Positions 19,900 through 30,100 of a stretch of 64,000 nt of DNA are shown here, piece after piece (position 1 is the stretch's first letter; every line of letters starts with the position of its first letter). The notes below the pieces were generated by a model. That model made no database searches and was not told the origin of the DNA. It worked only from the letters and a program-made list of their open reading frames with translations. Origin of the DNA: Spirochaetia bacterium (GTDB taxonomy: Bacteria; Spirochaetota; Spirochaetia; SZUA-6; Bin103); assembly GCA_965208575.1 (NCBI GenBank), contig CBDBOV010000002.1:64001-128000 (forward strand), written 5' to 3'. The position numbers and the translations under genes were made by a program.

Positions 19900-21470
19900 T
19901 GGGCTGCCTGCTTCGCCGGGCGTAGCGGGTCACCGGGCTGCCAATGCGTCGGGAGTGGGAGCGGGGGTGGCCAGTGCCGCGGCGATGACTGCATCGATGC
20001 CGCGCGGCGTGGTCGCCGTCGACCAGGAGGCATGGCCGCCCTGTGACGCCGGAGGCCGCGAAGATCGGCATACCGGGAGCGACCGATGCGGACCATCTTC
20101 GCACGAACCGGCGACAGTCGATGCCCGCCCGGCCGCGGCGGGTGCGCAGCCGGTGGGCCGATTGCACTCGAGTGCCGCCACCTCGGACGCTGCACCGGAC
20201 TCGAATAACCCCGCCTCGCACGCGCCACCGCAAGCGGCGCCGGGGCGTATGCCGCGGGCCGGGCTCGCCGCTGAGGTCGCGGCAGACATGCCGGTGGCGA
20301 GCCACGACGCTGCGCAGCACCGCGGCGCCGGGCATGCCGATACGCTGCCGGCGTGGCTGGAGTCAAACGGAGCCGCCTCACGCTCTCCGGCGCAGGCCCG
20401 CGCTCCCCGGCCGGCCGCAACCTCGTCGGACCAGGGCCGGGCCGCGCCACTTCTGCCGCCGGCCAGTCGCGCGGCACCCGTACCGTTGCCGGTCGTGGCC
20501 CCATCGGAGCCGCGTCCCGCGGCTGCGCTCACACCGGCGCAGTCCCGGGGTGAGCGGAAGCCGGAACCGTGTTCCAACCCGGAATGGTCTGCCCGGCCGG
20601 TGTCCGCCGCCCCGCTGCTGCACCCTCGGCACCAGCGCGAGCTGATCGAGCGGGCCGCCGGCATGACCACCCGCCAGGTCGCCGGCCTGCTGGCGGAAGC
20701 CGCTCCCCAGGTGGCGCCGCCGCGCGACACGCTGCGCGCGGTGGCGCCGGACCGCTACACCTTGAAGGTGAGCATTGACCAGGAGTGCGAGCACGGACTG
20801 CGCCAACTGAAGGACCTGCTGTCGCACATCGACCCGCGCATGTCGTGGGGAGACCTGGTGGCGCGCCTGGTGCGCGAGGCGCTGGCGCGGCACGATCCTG
20901 GCGGCGGCGGTCGCGGGCGAAGGCGTGCGGGCGGCACGGCAGCATCGTCGCGGCGGGAACGGACCAGCACGCCCTCCGTGGTGCCGGCAGCCGCGCCCGT
21001 TGGGCGTAGGGGCGGCGATACTCCGGCGCCGCAGAGCGAGACCGCCGCCGGGAAGCAGCCTCGGGCCGCGATGTCCCGCAACGCTGCCCCGGTGCGCGGC
21101 GTTGCACCCGCCGCCCCGGCTGCCGCCGCCCCGGCTGCCGGTGCAAAGGCACTGGGCACCCGCGCAGGCGCCGCTGCTTCGGCCACGCCCGCCGCTGCCG
21201 AGGCGCCGGAGGATCAGAGCGCCGACGCCCGAGTGCCGTGCGCAGCACCAAGGAGGCCCGAGTCCGCTGCTCCGCGCATGACCGCGCCCGCTGCGCCGAC
21301 GGGCACCGACCGCCAGGCCGGGCCATCGGGCGCGCCGGAAGCGGCAGCGGCGCCGCAGTTCGCCGGCAGCGGCCCAGGCGACGGCACTGACGCCACGCCG
21401 GTTTCGTCAGGCACCACTTTTCTGCGCGCGGCGGCGCCGGGCGGCAAGGATGAATCGAGCCGTAGTCCCG
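19900..21470 (+). pseudogene. Internal remnant of a DUF222/HNH-endonuclease-like protein with long Ala/Pro linkers
   Basis: Ordered core ELIERAAGMTTRQVAGLLA...DRYTLKVSIDQECEHGLRQLKDLLSHIDPRMSWGDLVARLVREAL inside low-complexity sequence; no credible start, no HNH motif; frame runs into the ALDH gene; family call is from recollection. Confidence 0.45.
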
Positions 21471-21474
21471 GCTG

Positions 21475-22893
21475 TTATTCGGGCAGGTGGAAGACGGCCA
21501 TCTTGGTTTCGGTCATCTCCTGGACGGCGTACTTGGGGCCTTCCTTGCCCATGCCGCTGTCCTTCAGGCCGCCGTAGGGCATCAGGTCGGCGCGCCACTG
21601 GGTGCCCCAGTTGACGTGGATGTTGCCCGACTCGCACTTGCGCACGAACTGCATGGCCCAGTCCACGTTCTGGGTGAAGATGGCGGCGCTCAGGCCGTAC
21701 TTGGTGTCGTTGGCGAGCTCGATCGCGGTGTCGATGTCGGGCGCCTGGCTGACGCCGACCACCGGGCCGAAGATCTCGTCGTAGGAGATTTTCATCTCCG
21801 GGCGCACGTCCGCCACCACGGTGGGCTGGAAGATCTGGCCGTTGCGCTCGCCGCCGGTGAGCACGCGGGCGCCCGCGCTGGCGGCTTCGCTGACCCAGCT
21901 CGCCACCCGCTCGGAGTCCTCTTCGCGGATCATCGGCCCCATCCCGGTGGCGTCCGCCAGCGGATCGCCGGTGGAGATGCCCGCCGCCACGTCGGTCATG
22001 GCGTCGAGCAGGTCGCCGTAGATGTCGTTGTGGGCGATCACCCGCTGGGTGGAGATGCACACCTGGCCGGCGTTGGAGAAGCCGCTCATGGCGGCGGCCG
22101 CGGCCACCCGCTTGGGGTCGGCGTCCGGCATCACGATCAGCGGCGCGTTGGAGCCGAGCTCCATGGTCACCCGCTTCAGGCCGGCCACCTGGCAGATGCG
22201 CTCGCCGATGTCGCGGCTGCCGGTGAAGGTGATCTTGCGCACCCGCGGATCGCTGCACAGGGCGTTGCCGAGGCTGCCGCCCGGTCCGGTCAGGCACTGC
22301 ACCGCCTCCGGCGGCACGCCCGCCTCGACGAACAGCTCGATCAGCTTGAGGGCGGACAGCGGCGTGTCGGTGGCCGGCTTGATGATGCACGCGTTGCCGG
22401 CGGCGATCGCCGGACCCACCTTGTGGCACACCAGGTGCAGCGGGAAGTTGAACGGGCTGATGCCGACCACCACCCCGCACGGCACGCGCAGCGTGAAGCC
22501 GAGCTTGCCTTCCACGCCGGGGGCGCCGTCGAGCGGTATCACCTCGCCGGACAGGCGCTTCGCCTCTTCCGCCGACAGCACGATGATCTCCCGTGCCCGG
22601 GTCGCCTCGATCTGCGCCTCGGCCAGGATCTTGCCCTCTTCCAGGGTGATGGTGCGCGCCAGGTCGTCGGCGCGCTCGCGCATCAGGTCGGCCACCTTCA
22701 TCAGCAGCTCGTAGCGCTGATAGCCGGTCAGGTTGGCCATGACGCGGGCGCCGCGCTCGGCGGTGGCGAGCGCCTCCTCGACGTCGGCCAGACTCGATTG
22801 CGGCACGGTGTCCACCACCGACCCGTCGAACGGGTTCAGCACGTCGATCTTGTCGGCCCGGTCCACCCAGTTGCCACCCAGCAGCATTTTCAT
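21475..22893 (-). CDS. NAD(P)-dependent aldehyde dehydrogenase
   Basis: SPFNFP, IKPA, FTGS, MELGSN, catalytic GQVCIS, EIFGPV; RBS GGAGGAG. Confidence 0.95.
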   Translation of the reverse strand: MKMLLGGNWVDRADKIDVLNPFDGSVVDTVPQSSLADVEEALATAERGARVMANLTGYQRYELLMKVADLMRERADDLARTITLEEGKILAEAQIEATRAREIIVLSAEEAKRLSGEVIPLDGAPGVEGKLGFTLRVPCGVVVGISPFNFPLHLVCHKVGPAIAAGNACIIKPATDTPLSALKLIELFVEAGVPPEAVQCLTGPGGSLGNALCSDPRVRKITFTGSRDIGERICQVAGLKRVTMELGSNAPLIVMPDADPKRVAAAAAMSGFSNAGQVCISTQRVIAHNDIYGDLLDAMTDVAAGISTGDPLADATGMGPMIREEDSERVASWVSEAASAGARVLTGGERNGQIFQPTVVADVRPEMKISYDEIFGPVVGVSQAPDIDTAIELANDTKYGLSAAIFTQNVDWAMQFVRKCESGNIHVNWGTQWRADLMPYGGLKDSGMGKEGPKYAVQEMTETKMAVFHLPE

Positions 22894-22980
22894 GTTCGTA
22901 ACTCCTCCATGCGGCGGCCCTGTCGTGCCGCCTGCCCTATTATCGTGCTCCGGCGCCGCCTCTGCCAATCGCCGGCGGCA

Positions 22981-23532
22981 TTAATTCCCATTAATCTCCG
23001 CTGCCCGAAACGATGGCCGGGCGCCACGGGGAGGTTCGCCGCCCGGCAGTTCCACGACCAGGTATGCGCCGTCACGCTGCACCGGGTAGGTTTCGGCGAC
23101 GTACGGGCCCTTTACCATGCCGGGCGCGGGCGCGCCGGCGTCGTCCGGTGGATCGTCGCCGGGGACCAGGTCGGCGCCGGAGACCGTGGCCACCGCGTAG
23201 CGGTTCACCCGCAGCTTGTCGGGGGCGCACCACGACTGGCCGGTGCGCAGGTGGAACTCCCAGCCGTGCCACGGGCAGGCGATCACCTCCCGGCTCGGCT
23301 GGTAGTCGAACTCGCCGGGCCGCTCCGATTGCAGCACGCCCCAGAGCTGACCCTCGCACAGCTTGCCGCCCTGGTGCGGGCAGCGGTTGCGCAGCGCGAA
23401 GTACTCGCCGCCGACGTTGAACACACCGATGGAACGCCCGGCCACGGTGACGATCTTGCGCTCGCCCGGCGCGATCTCATCCGCCCCGGCGACCACGTAG
23501 CGCGCGACCGCGGCGCGCCGCCTGGCGCTCAC
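22981..23532 (-). CDS. Rieske [2Fe-2S] ferredoxin
   Basis: NRCPHQG and CPWHGWEF (CxH...CxxH). Confidence 0.9.
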   Translation of the reverse strand: MSARRRAAVARYVVAGADEIAPGERKIVTVAGRSIGVFNVGGEYFALRNRCPHQGGKLCEGQLWGVLQSERPGEFDYQPSREVIACPWHGWEFHLRTGQSWCAPDKLRVNRYAVATVSGADLVPGDDPPDDAGAPAPGMVKGPYVAETYPVQRDGAYLVVELPGGEPPRGARPSFRAAEINGN

Positions 23533-23706
23533 CGGCGCGCCATTACGCCAGCCCGCGGCGAACCAGCGGCTGCATAGAATGCGGCGATGCGGCCCGGTCG
23601 GCTACGTTGCTCCTCGCCCACATATGGCAGAGTGGCTCGTTGGCCGCGCACCGCCAGCCGGGCGCCTCGCCGCTCTCGGTGCGCCGCCGGGCTCCACCAC
23701 CGGCTG

Positions 23707-24834
23707 TCAGAACCCATACAGGGCGGCCGCGTTGTGGTACCGGATGCGCGACTTCAGGTCTTCGGGCAGGTTGTGCGGCAGCACCACGTCCGGGTTGTCG
23801 CTGTCCCAGTGCGGGTAGTCGCTGGCCATCAGCAGGTGGTCCGCCATGGCGCCGAAATGGTCGAGCAGGCGGTGGAAGTCGCTCGGGTGCGGCGGCTCCT
23901 CTACCGGCTGGGTGGTGATGTAGACGTGCTCGGCGACGATCTCGGACGGCTTGCGCGTCACGTGCGGCACCTCGGCGCGCAGCAGCATCCAGGCGGCGTC
24001 CAGCCGCCACATCAGCGACGGCGCCCACGCGAACGCGTTTTCGATCGAGATCAGCTTGACGCCGAAGCGGTCGAACACGCCTTCCATCACCAGGCTGGTG
24101 ATGTTGGCCTGCACCGACTGGGCGGGGCTGAGGTGGTCCTCGATGTAGTAGGAGGCATGGCCGGCGCCGGTGATCGGGTGCCCGTAGGCGCCGAACGCGT
24201 GGCTGGCCACGTGCACTCCTTCCTCCGCGCACGCCTCGTAGATCGGCCAGTACTTGCGGCGGCCCATCGGCTCCTGCATGCGGCCCTTGAACAGCACCTG
24301 CACGAAGCGCCGGTCGCGCGCGCAGCGGCGCACCTCGGCGGCGGCCGCCACCGGATCCTCGGGTGTGATCAGGATCGACGCGCGCAGGCGCTCGTCCCGG
24401 TCCAGCCACTCCGCCGCCTGCCAGTCGTTGCAGGCGCGCGCCAGGGCGGCGCCGAGCTCCAGGTCGAGCGCGGTGTTGGCCAGCACCGCGGGTTGCAGGA
24501 CGGCGTAGGCGACGTTGTAAGGATCAAGGTAATGGCGGCCGGTGAACTCCACGTCGGAGCCCGAAGAACGGCCCGACGGCGGCCTCGCATCCTCGCGGTG
24601 ATCCATGAAGCGCGGATAGGAGCCGCTGTTGGGGGTGCGTACGCCGAACGCGTCCAGGTGATCGCGCCAGCGTTGCGACAGGTAGGGGTAGAGATCCTTC
24701 AGCGAGTCGATCTCGTTGTGCAGGTCGCAATCGATGATCGCCGGGCGGGCCGGTGCGGCACGCTCGGTCATCGCGGGATCGGTCGCGGCAGCCTCCCGTG
24801 CGTCCAGCGCCGGTGCCGTCATGGTCGGGCTCAT
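23707..24834 (-). CDS. Amidohydrolase_2-fold protein, putative catalytic subunit of a dinuclear oxygenase
   Basis: IDCDLH, VASH, ISIEN, TTQPVEEP, SDYPHWD. Confidence 0.85.
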   Translation of the reverse strand: MSPTMTAPALDAREAAATDPAMTERAAPARPAIIDCDLHNEIDSLKDLYPYLSQRWRDHLDAFGVRTPNSGSYPRFMDHREDARPPSGRSSGSDVEFTGRHYLDPYNVAYAVLQPAVLANTALDLELGAALARACNDWQAAEWLDRDERLRASILITPEDPVAAAAEVRRCARDRRFVQVLFKGRMQEPMGRRKYWPIYEACAEEGVHVASHAFGAYGHPITGAGHASYYIEDHLSPAQSVQANITSLVMEGVFDRFGVKLISIENAFAWAPSLMWRLDAAWMLLRAEVPHVTRKPSEIVAEHVYITTQPVEEPPHPSDFHRLLDHFGAMADHLLMASDYPHWDSDNPDVVLPHNLPEDLKSRIRYHNAAALYGF

Positions 24835-24864
24835 GCTCGCCTCCTCGCGCGCCCTGCCGGCGGC

Positions 24865-25898
24865 TCAGAGCCGGTACAGGCCGCGCGCATTTTCGCTGCG
24901 AATCTTAACTTGCAATGGGCGCGGCAAATGTGCAAGCAGCGCCGGATCCGGGTCGGCGGCGTGCAGGTGCGGGTAATCGCTGGCGTACAGCAGCATGTGG
25001 TCGCCGCCGAGCTGCGCCACCACGTCGAGCAGCGGGCCGGGCTCGGGCGGCGCGTCGAGCGGCTGAACGGACAGGCGCAGGTGTTCGCGCACGTACTCGG
25101 AAGGCGGCTTCTTTACCCACGGCACCAGCCGGCGCAGGTTCTTCCACTCCTTGTCCATGCGCCACAGGTGCGCCGGCAGCCAGGTAAAGCCCGACTCCAG
25201 GAACGCCACGCGCAGCCTCGGGAAGGCGTCGAACACCCCCTCCACGATCATGCTGGTGAGCTGGGTGGCGAACACGCCGGCCATGTCGGCGTACACCTCG
25301 ATGAAGTAGGAGGGCCACCCGGTCGGGGTCGGCGGCGCTGACGGGGCGCCGCCGAAGTGGACGCCGGCCACCAGGCCGTGGCGTTCGATGCACTCCCACA
25401 GCGGGTGGTACAGCCGGCTGCCGAGGGGGTGCTCGGTGCGCGCCGGGAGCAGCACCTGAACGAAGCCGGGCCGGTCGGCGACACGGTCGATCTCCGCCAC
25501 CGCCTGCGCCGGAATCCGCATCGGCACCACCACCGACCCGCGCAGGCGCGGTTCCGGCTCCAGCCACTCGCGGGTGAGCCAGTCGTTGACCGCGCCGGCC
25601 AGCGCCGCCGCCACGTCGGGGTGGTGCACGCTGTCCACGGCGTACAGGCAACTGGCGATCGCGGCCTCCACCGCGGTGCCGTCGAGCACGTCGGCGCGCA
25701 GCCGCTGCAGGCTGGCGCCCGCGTCGGGAGGGCCGGCGTTCGGCGCCCCCTCGGGTAGTAGTGCTGGCTGGCGCCGTTGTCGAGGGTCTGGCTGAAGTGC
25801 TCGACCCAGCGCGCGTCGAGATAGGGATACAGCGTCTCCACCGCCGGCACGGCGATGTGGACGTCGGCGTCGATCAGCGCGTCGGTGGCCGGGCTCAC
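24865..25898 (-). CDS. Amidohydrolase_2-fold protein (partner subunit), 1-nt frameshift near 25750
   Basis: GTG25898 gives IDADVH...QHYYP; remainder (GVHFGG, FLESG, SVQP, SDYPHLH) in a shifted frame; span 1034 nt; shift lies in C/G homopolymers. Confidence 0.8.
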
Positions 25899-26959
25899 GA
25901 CGGCGCCGCCGGACTGAGCGCCGCCCGCAGCGCGTCGATTGCCGGTGACTCGTCGGCGGCGGGCAGGGCCAGCGGACGCCGCTCGGTGGCGCTGCGGTAG
26001 GCGGCGAGCAGCACCGCGTACTGCGCGGTCGCCTCGGCCAGCGCCAGCGGGTGGTCCGGTTCGGCCCCCTCGATCCAGTCCAGCATCGAGTCCACGAGGG
26101 CCGATTCGGCCGGCGCGTCGTGCTCCCAGTAGTCGTGCGTGCCGCGCTCCAGGCTCCCGTCCAACAACGTCTCCCACGACCACATGGTCCAGGTCACGTG
26201 GCCGCGGTCGCCGTACACGGTAATGCGCTTGTGGCCCCACACCGCCTCGCGCGCTCCAGGCGGCGCTTCGGTCAGCCGGGGCGCTCCGGCCCCGCAGCGC
26301 AGCACGGCGCGCAGGCCGCCTGCGAAGTCGATCGCAGCCAGCAGGTCGTCGGGGGCGAAGTGGTTGCGCGGCGACGGCTGCAGGCCTTCGCCGCCGGCCG
26401 CCTGCCCGAACACGGCGGCCGGATGCGCGCCGCCGGCGAAGGCGAACACCGATTGCAGGGCGTGCGTGCCCTGGTAGGCCGCGTTCATGCCGGTGCTGGC
26501 GTCGATCAAGCGCACCGCGCCGATGGCGCCGTCCGCCACCAGCCGCTGCAGCCGCCGGCGCGGGGCGTGGTAGTGGAGCTGGTGGTTGACCGCCACCTTC
26601 AGCGGCGAGCTGCGCGCAAACGCCGCCAGCGCGGCGCAGTCGGGGCCGTCGATGGCGATCGGCTTCTCGATGATCGCCGCCGGCACGCCGGCGGCCGTGA
26701 TCTGCTCCAGCAGCTCCAGGCGCGCGTCCGGCGGCGTATTGACGTGCACCACGTCGGGCCGCTCGCGCGCCAGCATCTCCCGGTAGTCGTCGTAGCGCGC
26801 GGCGACGCCGTGGGCATCGGCCAGCTCGTCCCGCTTGTCCACGGTACGCGCCGACACCGCCACCAGCTTCGCGCGCCGCTGGTGGCGATACGCCAACGCG
26901 TGGTGCCGCGCCCGGCCGCCGCTGGCGCCGATGATCACACTCCGATAGTCGCCCGCCAC
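25895..26959 (-). CDS. Gfo/Idh/MocA family oxidoreductase
   Basis: IIGASGGR, RPDVVHVNTP, IEKPIA, VNHQ, GTH; stop overlaps next GTG. Confidence 0.9.
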   Translation of the reverse strand: MAGDYRSVIIGASGGRARHHALAYRHQRRAKLVAVSARTVDKRDELADAHGVAARYDDYREMLARERPDVVHVNTPPDARLELLEQITAAGVPAAIIEKPIAIDGPDCAALAAFARSSPLKVAVNHQLHYHAPRRRLQRLVADGAIGAVRLIDASTGMNAAYQGTHALQSVFAFAGGAHPAAVFGQAAGGEGLQPSPRNHFAPDDLLAAIDFAGGLRAVLRCGAGAPRLTEAPPGAREAVWGHKRITVYGDRGHVTWTMWSWETLLDGSLERGTHDYWEHDAPAESALVDSMLDWIEGAEPDHPLALAEATAQYAVLLAAYRSATERRPLALPAADESPAIDALRAALSPAAPS

Positions 26960-27146
26960 GCGCGTTACTGTAGCACGCCCGAGGCGGCCATGAAGACTCC
27001 GCGCCGGTGCTCGACCGCATCACCGTGCCGTCCGCCACGCGGGCCCGCGCACCGCTTCCTGCATTCCGTTCGCCAGTTATGAAATAGACACCTTTCTAAC
27101 GGTAATCGATACGTCCATCATACTTTTGTTGAGTACCTTCGTGGCA

Positions 27147-30100
27147 ATGACGACGACGAGATACAGCACGACAGTTGTACGGAGGACATCCGCCGCGCTC
27201 GCCTTGCTGCTGATAATCTTGACAGCGGCGGAGACCGCACAGGCGCAGACCTCGGTCAAGCTGGTCGGCAACACCGGGCAAGCACACAATGGCAATCGCG
27301 ACTTTCGAACCGATTTCGACTACGCCGGCGGGTTCACCACCGGCCGCAATAGTGACGGCTACAAGCTGACCAGCGTGGGCCTCGGCGTTTCAATGCTCAA
27401 CCCATCAGGAACGACAGAGCCTCAGTATACGGTGAGCATCTGGTCGTCGAACTCGAGTGGCCATCCGGGCAGCAATCTGGGCACGCTCACGAACCCGGCC
27501 AAACTGGCTCAGGGAACCAACTCGTTCACCGCCGCCGGCACGGGCATCGATCTGGACGCCCAGACAACCTACTGGGTGGTGGTGGACCCAACCGCCGTGG
27601 GGGACAGACAAACTCGACTCCGTATGACACAAACGAACGCGGAGGATGCGGGTGCGGCGACGGGCTGGAGCATTGCGAACAGTGACCTTTCGAAACACAC
27701 GAGCGACAGTTGGACTGGAGATGAATTTGGGCAGTCCACTCAGTTCGCCGTCCACGGCCACGCGAAGGACGAAGCCGCGCCGACGCTGCTCGGCGGCACG
27801 ATTCGCGGGCAAACCGTGAAGCTGTACTTCAGCGAGCTCCTGAAGACGACGGGGACCCCGGCTGCGAGCCAGTTCACGGTCACCGGCAATCCCACCGACC
27901 TGGGGGCGGTCACCAGCGCCACGATCGACACGTCCGAGAGCAACATCATTACCCTGATGGTGACTAATGCCTCGGCCGCGGCCGATACGGTCACGGTCAC
28001 CATCCCCACCACCACCGGCATCGAGGACCTCGCCGGCAATTCCCTCGCGGCAATCACGACGGCGTTCACGCTGACCAACATCAACCCCGACGATCCCGGC
28101 GCCCCGCTCCTTACCGCCGCGTCGGTCAACGCGAGAACGCTGACGCTGACCTACAACCAGAAGCTGCTGCCGAGATATCCGCCCGCCGCGGACTTCACCG
28201 TCTCGGCGAGCACGACGAGCGTGAGCGTGGACGAGGTCGCCCTCACCCCCGGCTCGACGAGTTCGACCGTGGCGCTGGCTCTGAGCCTGCCGGTGAAGCA
28301 CGGCGAGACGGTGACGGTAAGCTACAGCAAGGCCACGAAGCCGCGGCTCCAGAACGAGTGGGGCAGTCAGGTGACCGCGCTCTCGATCCGTGCGGTGACC
28401 AACGCCACCGACCCGCCCGTGGCCTGGATCGTGTCCGCCCATAGTGATGGGCCAGTAGAAGAAGGCAAGCCTGCGGGATTCTCAGTGGAAATGGACCCGG
28501 TGCCGGCGTCGGAGGTCCAGGTCAACGTGACGATTTCGCAGACGGGCACCTTCGTGGCAAGCGAGCACCTGGGTGCGAGGACCGTGACCATGCCGACCAC
28601 CCAGTCTCACATCTTCAATGTGCCCACGGTACACAACGGGGCGGATCAGGCGGACGGGTCGGTGACGGCGACGCTTGCCGCGGGTACCGGCTACACCGTG
28701 CACGCGACGAAGAACGCCGCCACCACGCGGGTGCGCGACATCGACGAGAGCCCGCCCGCGCCTCCGGCGCCACCGTCACCGTCACCGTCACCGTCGCGCG
28801 GCAGCGCGCCGGCGGCTTCGGCGGGCGCGGACGTGGAGGTCGACCCGGGGGCTTCGGTGACGCTGAACGCCTCGCGGAGTTCGGACCCGGACGGGGACGC
28901 GCTGACCTACGCGTGGGAGCAGGTCTCGGGCGCGGCGGTGACGCTTTCCGGTGCGAACACGGCGCGAGCTGCGTTCACGGCTCCGGCCGCGCCGGGCGCG
29001 CTGGAGTTCCGCCTCACGGTGACGGACCCGGGCGGGTTGTCGGACAGCGACGTGGTGACGGTGACGGTGCGCGACCTGGCGCCGAGCTTCGGCGATGCGG
29101 CGGTCGCCGCGCTGGTGCTGGTGTCGGGCGAGGCGATGGCGCCGGTGGTGCTGCCGGAGGCGGCGGGGGGCAACGGGGCGCTCTCCTACAGCTTGACCTC
29201 CGAGCCGACGGGGCTTGCGGGGCTCAACTTCGACGCGGCGGCGCGGCGGCTGTCGGGCAGGCCGGGGACGGAGGGGAGCTGGGTCTTTACCTGGCGGGCG
29301 CACGACGCGGACGCAAACCGGGCGGACGCGGACGCGGCGACCCTGACCTTCCGGGTTACGGTGGATGACTCGGGCGCTGCGATGGTAAAGCACACGGTGC
29401 GGCGCACGCTGTCGGCGGTGGCGGGGCGGGCGCTGTCGAGCGCGCTCGACAACATCGGGGCGCGCATCGAGACCTCGGTGCCGGCGAGCGGTCTGACGCT
29501 GGCCGGGGAGACGTTGCCGCTCGGCCTGCCCGCGGCGCGCCTCGCGGGTGCGTGTGCGCCGGACGCGCGCGGCCGCCACGGGTTCGGGACCACGTTCGGG
29601 CAGGCCGGCTTCGGCGCGGCGCGCGACGGCTGCGCGCCGGACGCGCGGGGCCGGAGCGTCGCGGCGGCGGAGCTGCTGCACGCGAGCGCGTTCTCGCTGA
29701 CGCCGGGCGCGGCGCAGGCGGCGCCGTCGGCGCTACTGTGGTCGGTGTGGGCCCGCGGCGACCTTGGCACGTTCGCGGGCCGCCCGGAGCCGGGGATACG
29801 CTACGAGGGCGAGCTGCGCACGGGCTGGCTCGGGATGGACGTGCGCGCGGGCGCGTGGGTGGCGGGGCTTGCGGTGAGCCACGGCACGGGCGAGGCGGAC
29901 TACCGCTTCGAAGAGCGGGGCATGTCCGGGCGCGGCCGGCTGCAGACGTCGCTGACCGCGCTCTACCCCTATGGAAGCTGGACCGTGGTGGACGGCCTGG
30001 AGCTGCGCGGCGTGCTCGGCGCCGGGCTCGGCGAGGCCGTGCATCGCCTGGACGGCGACGAGCGCGAGACGAGCGACCTCTCGATGCAGATGGCGTCGCT

